64,000 nt of DNA from a virus, in the IMG/VR virus record IMGVR_UViG_3300018080_000138, positions 32,709 to 96,708 of that record; one strand, given 5' to 3'. Position 1 is the stretch's first letter. Every line of letters begins with the position of its first letter. Shown here piece after piece: positions 57,245 to 64,000 of the stretch. The position numbers were made by a program, and so were the translations under genes. Below the pieces are notes generated by a model, which did no database searches, was not told where the DNA came from, and worked only from the letters and a program-made list of their open reading frames with translations.

Positions 57245-58230
57245 GAATATTAGTAGCAGGTGGTGCTGGATTTATAGGATCAGATTTTGTTCGATTATTG
57301 TTTAATCAGACAAATCATAATATAGTAATTGTAGATAAATTAACTTATGCGTCAGATTTAAGAAATATCGAAGATATTTTAGCTTCTGAAAGGATACAGT
57401 TTTTTCAAGGTGACATAAGAGACTTTGGTTTTATGTATGATATTATCACTAATGTAGATTATATAATAAATTTTGCCGCAGAAACACATGTTGCAAGATC
57501 AATTTTTACAACATTAAATTTTGCAGAAACGGATTTTATGGGTACTCAAGTTATCTGTGACTGTCTTGTTAGAAATAGACATATTAAGAGGTTTATTCAT
57601 GTATCTACATCAGAAGTATATGGAACGGCATTAACAGAGTATATGCATGAGGATCATCAATTAAATCCAAGATCACCATATGCCGCTGCAAAGGCAGCAG
57701 CGGATAGGTTGGTATATTCGTACATAAAAACATATAATATTCCAGCCTTAATTGTTAGGCCATTTAATAATTATGGAATAAGACAACATCCGGAGAAGCT
57801 TATACCAAGGTTTATAACTAATTCAATTCTTGGAAGAGAGTCATTAATCCATGGCGATGGAAATGCACTAAGAGACTGGGTATCAGTCAGAGATACATCA
57901 TCCGCAATATTATTGTTACTTACTTATGAAGATATTGATGGTGAGGTATTTAATATAGGAACAGGAAGATCATTATCAATAAAATACATTGCTAAAAGAA
58001 TAGAGGGTAAATATAGGTATGTTGAAGATAGACCTGGTCAGGTTAGTCGACATACAGCACATGTGGGTAAATTATGGAAGCTTGGTTGGCAACCATCTTA
58101 TAGTTTTGATGATCATCTAAAAGTTATTTTTGATTGGTATTCTAAAAATAAAGAATGGTGGATAGATAAAATTGAATATGCCAATGTTCCAATAAAAAAT
58201 GGTAATGGGACTGGTTTAATTTATAGGTAG
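57241..58230 (+). CDS. rmlB: dTDP-glucose 4,6-dehydratase (RmlB-like)
   Basis: GGAGFIGS, DKLTYA, AAETHV, STSEVYG, SPYAAAK, NNYG.RQHPEKLIP. Confidence 0.88.
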   Translation: MRILVAGGAGFIGSDFVRLLFNQTNHNIVIVDKLTYASDLRNIEDILASERIQFFQGDIRDFGFMYDIITNVDYIINFAAETHVARSIFTTLNFAETDFMGTQVICDCLVRNRHIKRFIHVSTSEVYGTALTEYMHEDHQLNPRSPYAAAKAAADRLVYSYIKTYNIPALIVRPFNNYGIRQHPEKLIPRFITNSILGRESLIHGDGNALRDWVSVRDTSSAILLLLTYEDIDGEVFNIGTGRSLSIKYIAKRIEGKYRYVEDRPGQVSRHTAHVGKLWKLGWQPSYSFDDHLKVIFDWYSKNKEWWIDKIEYANVPIKNGNGTGLIYR

Positions 58231-58239
58231 GAAAAATTT

Positions 58240-58965
58240 ATGGTATGTAGAATTTGCAGTAGTAATGATACTGTGCTTGAGTTATCAGTTACTAAAAGAA
58301 TAATGGGTCAGACAATTTTTAAGGTGTTTAAGTGTAATAGATGTCGTGGGTGGTTTGTTGGAAATAATATTTCAGAACAGGCATGGAGGACATTTGTTCT
58401 TCAAAATAAAGTTTCTATAGGAACAACAAGGACAGATTCTAATAGCAGAATAAAAAATGTATACCCAGTTTATTTGGCACACATGGAAAAGGTAATTCCA
58501 TTAGAAAGTGTTTCTACTTTATTAGATATTGGATGTTATACAGGTGGTTTTATGGATGTTTTATCAAAAAAATATCCATTAATACTTTTTAAAGGTATTG
58601 AACCAAATAAGCGGTTTTATGACATTGCTTTAGAAAAAAGGTTTGATGTTGATAATAAATTTTTTGATACTTGGAGTTCAACGATTTGCTATGATATAGT
58701 CGTACTTAACCAGGTATTAGAACATGTTTGCTATCCTGCAACTATATTAACTAAAGCAATAGATTATTTATCAGATGATGGGTATATGCTTATTACAATA
58801 CCTAATGTTAGTTCGATTTTGGATTCTATTTCGATTCCACAACACCTTAGTTATTTTAACCAAGAAAGCATTGATGCTTTATGTGATATATGTGGTATTG
58901 ATATTATTTATGATGCCGTGTACTTAAATTCAGGAAGATTACTTGTATGTAAAAAAGGTGTGTGA
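58240..58965 (+). CDS. class I methyltransferase with an N-terminal zinc site
   Basis: CRIC...CNRC, LLDIGCYTG, IEPN, QVLEH. Confidence 0.85.
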   Translation: MVCRICSSNDTVLELSVTKRIMGQTIFKVFKCNRCRGWFVGNNISEQAWRTFVLQNKVSIGTTRTDSNSRIKNVYPVYLAHMEKVIPLESVSTLLDIGCYTGGFMDVLSKKYPLILFKGIEPNKRFYDIALEKRFDVDNKFFDTWSSTICYDIVVLNQVLEHVCYPATILTKAIDYLSDDGYMLITIPNVSSILDSISIPQHLSYFNQESIDALCDICGIDIIYDAVYLNSGRLLVCKKGV

Positions 58966-60110
58966 GATTAATGAATGTAAAATTTCATAGGCATAATTTA
59001 GGTAATTATGAACTTTCAGCAGTAGGCAGTGTTTTTAAGTCTGATTTTTTAACTACGGGTGAGAATGTGAAGGTATTTGAGCGGGAGTTTGCAATGCTTA
59101 CAAAAATGAAGCATTGTGTTGGTCTTAGTTCATGTACTGCTGCATTACACCTTGGTTTAGAGTATGTAAGATATATTATGGGGAATAATAAGTTTGTGGT
59201 TGCAACAACTCCGTTGACATATGTCGCAACCGTGTTGCCGGTAATAGCAACTGGTAGAAGATTATTATTTATTGATGTCGAAGAAAATACAGGATTATTA
59301 TCTACTAATGAATTACTTAAAGTTGCAGATGATGTTGATTTAGTAATTCCAATACATTTATATGGACAGGTATGTGATATGGTTCAGATAGGCGCAATTG
59401 CTGAACACTTTGATTTTTTAATCATGGAAGACAGTGCACATGTAATACATGGTATGGGGCATGGAAATTATCCTGGATATGAGTTTAATAGTATTGGTGC
59501 TGCGTATAGTTTTTATGCAACAAAGGCAATAACATGTGGTGAGGGTGGGGCATTTTGTACAAACAATTTGATGGTTACCGATTTTATTAGAAAGATGGCA
59601 CAACATGGTATTAATAAAACTGCATATGAGAGGTATAATGGTATTGATAGTTGGGATTTAGAGTATATTGGTTGGAAGTATAATATGTCAGATATTCAGG
59701 CAAGTATTTTACTTGCTCAATTAAAAAGAGAATTGGATTTTTGGGATAGAAGAAAATTAAATGAGTTTGCATACAGGAATTCATTGGATGATATTGTTGA
59801 TTTTCCTGAGATAAGTGATTCGCATGCGCATGATTACTTAATGACAACTATGTGGGTTGATCCTGGTAAGAGAGACAAGATAATGGAAGAATTAAGGAAA
59901 TTAGGTATTGGTATTAGTATGCATTACAAACCATTACATCTAATACGTAAGATTGCTGTGTATAAGGATTTGATAAACAGAACTTTGGCATTTCCAAATG
60001 CTGAGTTAATAGGGAGCAGAACAATTTCACTACCAAATTATCCATTATTGACCAAGAAGGAAATCGAGTATGTTATTGACTCAGTAAGAAAGGTAGTAAG
60101 ATCGGTATGA
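58962..60110 (+). CDS. DegT/DnrJ/EryC1/StrS sugar aminotransferase
   Basis: SSCTAALH, IHLYGQ, EDSAH, SFYATKAITCGEGG, SLP.YP. Confidence 0.93.
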   Translation: MRLMNVKFHRHNLGNYELSAVGSVFKSDFLTTGENVKVFEREFAMLTKMKHCVGLSSCTAALHLGLEYVRYIMGNNKFVVATTPLTYVATVLPVIATGRRLLFIDVEENTGLLSTNELLKVADDVDLVIPIHLYGQVCDMVQIGAIAEHFDFLIMEDSAHVIHGMGHGNYPGYEFNSIGAAYSFYATKAITCGEGGAFCTNNLMVTDFIRKMAQHGINKTAYERYNGIDSWDLEYIGWKYNMSDIQASILLAQLKRELDFWDRRKLNEFAYRNSLDDIVDFPEISDSHAHDYLMTTMWVDPGKRDKIMEELRKLGIGISMHYKPLHLIRKIAVYKDLINRTLAFPNAELIGSRTISLPNYPLLTKKEIEYVIDSVRKVVRSV

Positions 60111-61330
60111 TAGAAATAAGAACAAACATTAAAAAAAATGTAATAGAGTATACAATGTCTAAGAAGTTGAGGTATATGAAAAATCAAAGGTTTGTTATTA
60201 GTTATACTTTTGATTTAAAATCATTTCCTTTACATCTTGCGAATTTTATGGTAGGAATTTTATTATCTGAGCATATTAGTTGGACAGGTGAGGATGTGCT
60301 GTTTTCTTCATTAACAAAGAAGGAAGTTAAATGTATCAATAAACATATCTTAAATAATTTTATTGCTAATCCGTATAAAAGAGTAATAAATAAATGTCCT
60401 GAGGTTCATTCTAAAAATATTAGTAAGTCTGAGTTAAACTTTGATGGTGGTCCAGTAATTACAATGAACGGGATGGGAAAGGATGGATTAGCACTTGCAA
60501 GCTTAGTAAGAGAACTTAATATTGAGCTGGTGAGTTGTGTAGTTGCCAATCAGTATAAAAATATGTCCTTATGGAAAGATAGGGCAAGAGCAATGAAAAA
60601 GTTTTATTCATCGAAGGGAATAATTCCGGCCTGGGTTGGAACATCTTATTTTCGAGGAAATAGTTATAAAATAATTCCTTGGCAAGTGTTTGCTTTTCCT
60701 GTTGCTTGGTTTTATAGCTCACGTGATATATTAATTGGATTTAATCTTGGAGACTCAAAGTTTTACTTAGGAAATGGATATTCACCAAGACCTAATGTTA
60801 CTGTGTTTTCATTTGACGCAATATCAAAGGCAACGGGATTTAGGATTGGAAATCCATTTTGGGGAGTAAGTCATTTAGTGATACAAAGATTGATTTTAGA
60901 AAGGTATCCTGAGGTTGCGCAGTTTCAAAGGAGTTGTATGCGTGGAATTCCTTGGTGTGGTAGGTGTGGAAAGTGTCTTGGAATAAATATTCTTGCACGT
61001 GCAGGCGGTAATACTACTAAAAAGTTGAGTCTTAGGAATATGAGAATTCACTGTGATACGTCTCATTGGAGGAGAGCGAATCCTCTTTCTGCTGATGTTT
61101 ATATGGAAGCAGAAAAAAAATTACGTGGTGAAGAATATCAGTTGTGGATAGAAAAATTAAACTTAAATGCACAAAAGTTTGCGTGGCATCCTACTAAGGT
61201 AATGAAGATATTAAAGGAACATGTATCTTGTACTAAAGTTGATCCGGGAAAGAATGGTTTGGGTTATACAAATGTACCATCTATATGGTCGAATATATGT
61301 CTAAAAGATAAATGGAGTATAAATGTCTAA
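60107..61330 (+). CDS. PP-loop (N-type ATP pyrophosphatase) protein, MurL/QueC-like
   Basis: NGMGKDG (SGGKDS-like); RSC...WCGRCGKC. Confidence 0.55.
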   Translation: MIEIRTNIKKNVIEYTMSKKLRYMKNQRFVISYTFDLKSFPLHLANFMVGILLSEHISWTGEDVLFSSLTKKEVKCINKHILNNFIANPYKRVINKCPEVHSKNISKSELNFDGGPVITMNGMGKDGLALASLVRELNIELVSCVVANQYKNMSLWKDRARAMKKFYSSKGIIPAWVGTSYFRGNSYKIIPWQVFAFPVAWFYSSRDILIGFNLGDSKFYLGNGYSPRPNVTVFSFDAISKATGFRIGNPFWGVSHLVIQRLILERYPEVAQFQRSCMRGIPWCGRCGKCLGINILARAGGNTTKKLSLRNMRIHCDTSHWRRANPLSADVYMEAEKKLRGEEYQLWIEKLNLNAQKFAWHPTKVMKILKEHVSCTKVDPGKNGLGYTNVPSIWSNICLKDKWSINV

Positions 61331-62093
61331 AGTTACATTATCAGTTGCATTACCATTGTATGAAAGTAAGGATTCAGCATGGATAGCACTTGAGTCATTA
61401 TGTTATCAACGCAATGGTGGTGGACCATCTTGGGAATTATTGGTGGCTGAAGAAATAACAAACAATATGGTTGGTGCGGAGAACATACTTTCCTATAAAG
61501 ATAGACTTAGATTAGTTGGTTGTGAGCGAATTAGTTATACCCCACTTACTGAGTGGATACCATTGCCAAAGAAATGGAAATTACTTGCTAATAAAACATC
61601 AAGTACATCTGAAGTATTTTGCTTACAGGCAAGTGATTGCTACAGCCAGCCTTGGCGTATTTTTGAAAGTTATAAGCTGATAAAGAAAGGGAATGACTGG
61701 GTACAAAAAGGAAAAGGTATTTTTTATGATTTATTTACTGGTATAGTGGTATTATTTATTAGGGGTAAAAAAACGTATCGTCCAGCATTGGATATGTGTT
61801 TTAGAACTCAATATGCAAGGCAGTTGGAATCAAGTTCGTTGAAATCCAATATTGATGGTTGGTTATTTAGACAGTGTGCCAAATCTAAAAAAGGAAAGTT
61901 AAGAATTGGATGGACGTTATCTAATTCATGGATGTATGGTATTGATACCAATGGATTAAATAGGATATCAAAGAGTAGATTAACACAAATGAGAAAGAAA
62001 AGACCTCCATTTTATAGATGTACTTTAGATTGGAGGAAAAATTTACCTAATAAGGTAGTTGAAAGATTATTAAGTTACAAGGAGAAAAAATGA
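61323..62093 (+). CDS. GT2/GT-A-like glycosyltransferase
   Basis: LSVALPLY, WELLVAEE, ASDCYS..WRI, NIDGW. Confidence 0.6.
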   Translation: MSKVTLSVALPLYESKDSAWIALESLCYQRNGGGPSWELLVAEEITNNMVGAENILSYKDRLRLVGCERISYTPLTEWIPLPKKWKLLANKTSSTSEVFCLQASDCYSQPWRIFESYKLIKKGNDWVQKGKGIFYDLFTGIVVLFIRGKKTYRPALDMCFRTQYARQLESSSLKSNIDGWLFRQCAKSKKGKLRIGWTLSNSWMYGIDTNGLNRISKSRLTQMRKKRPPFYRCTLDWRKNLPNKVVERLLSYKEKK

Positions 62094-62470
62094 GTATACC
62101 ATATGTTAGTCCGGCATACGATGATTTGACAACACGGGTTGCTGAGACTAATTTTCACAATAGGTTTTTAACACTTACTGTAACAGTCCCAGCTAATGAC
62201 TCAACTCAGATAAATGTTCTTCAAAGATTAGGTGGATGCGCAAACCGTATTATAGGATATATTACAGATGTAACAGATTTGGTATCAATTAGATTTAATG
62301 ATATAAATACAAGTGATTATCCATTATCAACTGTTGATAGTAAGTTGTACCTGGACAAGGTATTAATAAATCAGGTAGATATTATTAATACTGACGTTGT
62401 TGCAAGAACTGCTGTAATTTTACTTAGTAGGTATCAAAATGCACCAAGAACAAAGCAGGCGGGGATGTAA
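62090..62470 (+). CDS. putative virion protein
   Basis: beta-rich, low Lys; RBS AAGGAG; precedes fibre gene. Confidence 0.5.
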   Translation: MSIPYVSPAYDDLTTRVAETNFHNRFLTLTVTVPANDSTQINVLQRLGGCANRIIGYITDVTDLVSIRFNDINTSDYPLSTVDSKLYLDKVLINQVDIINTDVVARTAVILLSRYQNAPRTKQAGM

Positions 62471-62474
62471 TTAG

Positions 62475-64000
62475 ATGGCAACGATAAATAGAGCTTATTT
62501 TGCTACTTCCCTGACAGGAGGTGGCGATGGTGCGTTAGATGAGATTTCCGGAGCTGTTTTAAGTGATCTTGATGCTGTGTTAGGAATAACAGGGGATACC
62601 GGTTATCTATATACTCTCGATGCCACTTCTGGAGCAGCGGAATCCTCACCTGATATAGTATCTCCGGATACCAGTCCGGGAACAAAAAGATGGACGTTGG
62701 TGAACCTTAATACTCCAAGATTAGAGACGGATAAGGTTAGGGCAAGGACATCTTCTGGTCTAAAGTTGGAAGATGATGGTGGAAATCTTGGTATTTTTAT
62801 TGAGGATGGAGGCCAAGTTGGAATAAATAATTTGACCCCATCCCAAGCTCTGGATGTTGTGGGTAATTTGGAGTTAGAAGATACTACCAGTTCTTTGATG
62901 GGTGTTGTGTGTAAAGGAGCAGATGTATTTATACACAATTTCCACCACCCAACTGGAGGTGGAGCTGTACCTAATGGAATGAATTTATTTTTTGGTGTGG
63001 ACGCAGGTAATTTTACTATGGGTGCGACAGCTACAGCTATAGATGAGTCCTCCTATAATATAGGAATAGGGAGGACTGTGCTGTCAGAAAATACTTTAGG
63101 TCTTGGTAATGTTGGTGTAGGTCCGTTTACGCTTTCGGAAAATACTGAGGGTAACCAAAATGTTGCTATTGGGTTAAATTCTCTTAGGAGGAACACAACC
63201 GGTTATCGTAATACTGCCATTGGTGGTGGAATGCAGTATAGTACTACAGCACATGATAATGTAGCAATTGGGGCATGTTTGAATACCAATGTCGATGGAA
63301 GCTATAATGTTGCAATAGGAAGGGATTCGTTGGAGGAGAATATTTCTGGTGAGTTTAATATTGCGGTTGGATATCTTGCACTAAACAAAAATTTAGCAAA
63401 TACAAACATAGCAATTGGTTCAAGTACACTCATGGAGAATACCACAGGTATATATAACATAGCAATTGGTTCGAGTGCACTTAATGCTAATACTATAGCA
63501 GATTCAAATATTGGTATTGGTATAGATGCTTTAATGAATAATACTACTGGGCAATGGGGGACTGCTATTGGTACAGATGCATTGCAGTTTAATGTGGACG
63601 GGAGTTTTAATACGGCTCTTGGAATGCGTGCTGCACGGGATAATGTTTCCGGTAGTAATAATGTTTGTTTGGGTTATTATGCCTGTAAAAGTGGTCTTGG
63701 TTCGGATACGGTTGGTGTTGGAGTTGAATCTTTATACAATAGTACTGTTGGCGACAATGTCGCTGTTGGTTTTAGGGCTGGATATACTGGAACTACTGGG
63801 ACCCCAAATGTTATTGTAGGAAAAGAGGCATTATTTAGTAATGTTTCTGGTAATAATAATACTATAATTGGTTACCGGGCTGGCTATAATGTTTTAAGTT
63901 CAAATAATGTCTTAATTGGTCACCAAGCTGGTGACCTAATAACTACAGGCACAGATAATATTATTATAGGGCATGATGAAGATCCCCCACTTGCTACAAC
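62475..64000 (+). CDS. fibre/receptor-binding-like protein with 14-aa NxAIGxxALxxNTTG beta-roll repeats (3'-truncated; absent from ORF track)
   Basis: MATINRAYFATSLTGGGDGALDEISG..., VGINNLTPSQALDV, repeated NVAIG/NIAIG/NTTG; frame appears to run off the window. Confidence 0.8.
   Translation, partial: MATINRAYFATSLTGGGDGALDEISGAVLSDLDAVLGITGDTGYLYTLDATSGAAESSPDIVSPDTSPGTKRWTLVNLNTPRLETDKVRARTSSGLKLEDDGGNLGIFIEDGGQVGINNLTPSQALDVVGNLELEDTTSSLMGVVCKGADVFIHNFHHPTGGGAVPNGMNLFFGVDAGNFTMGATATAIDESSYNIGIGRTVLSENTLGLGNVGVGPFTLSENTEGNQNVAIGLNSLRRNTTGYRNTAIGGGMQYSTTAHDNVAIGACLNTNVDGSYNVAIGRDSLEENISGEFNIAVGYLALNKNLANTNIAIGSSTLMENTTGIYNIAIGSSALNANTIADSNIGIGIDALMNNTTGQWGTAIGTDALQFNVDGSFNTALGMRAARDNVSGSNNVCLGYYACKSGLGSDTVGVGVESLYNSTVGDNVAVGFRAGYTGTTGTPNVIVGKEALFSNVSGNNNTIIGYRAGYNVLSSNNVLIGHQAGDLITTGTDNIIIGHDEDPPLAT

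Noticed and set aside
415-62938. Minus-strand ORFs in the track (e.g. 415-936, 4001-4390, 34815-35492, 62603-62938)
   Set aside because: Antisense shadows of well-supported + strand genes, with no recognisable motifs
63568-63819. 83-aa ORF in the track
   Set aside because: Alternative frame inside the long fibre gene starting at 62475
1-64000. Stop-codon reassignment (TAG or TGA)
   Set aside because: Conserved genes are full length in the standard code, and many end at TAG/TGA next to the following start; only one isolated internal TAG was noticed
1-64000. Prophage boundaries, integrase or IS elements
   Set aside because: No integrase, transposase, att-like junction or host housekeeping context is visible

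Overview
The window is a 64-kb, AT-rich (about 30% GC by eye) segment of a large tailed dsDNA phage (Caudoviricetes, HK97-type head). Essentially all credible genes are on the + strand. Order: (1) 1-8.3 kb, replication/recombination: HU-like histone-type protein, gp32-like SSB, RuvC, RecA, a split SbcC interleaved with SbcD and a beta clamp, and DnaX. (2) 8.3-10.7 kb, packaging: putative TerS and a TerL split into ATPase and nuclease ORFs. (3) 10.7-18.5 kb, accessory genes (glycosyltransferases, ClpP, RNA ligase). (4) 18.5-20.3 kb, a roughly 1.8-kb nearly ORF-free tract full of nested, G.U-tolerant hairpins (candidate large ncRNA, or a terminus/origin). (5) 20.3-28.5 kb, an early-like region of small ORFs driven by five copies of a sigma54-like core (TGGGATGATTYTTGCA), four with a 20-bp palindrome 108-143 bp upstream, plus a tRNA-like element. 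(6) 30-62 kb, a very large glycan-biosynthesis arsenal wrapped around the portal, head morphogenesis, prohead protease and capsid genes. About 14 glycosyltransferase-like genes occur window-wide, plus pyruvyltransferase, MurB-like, RmlB, DegT, WbqC, GNAT, methyltransferases, radical SAM and a glycoside hydrolase. (7) The window ends in a beta-roll fibre gene. The best candidates for new biology are a virion-glycosylation system including a YqbF-like/GT9 fusion, an enhancer/sigma54-type phage regulon, and a large structured RNA. All protein family calls are from motif recognition by eye; no searches were run.
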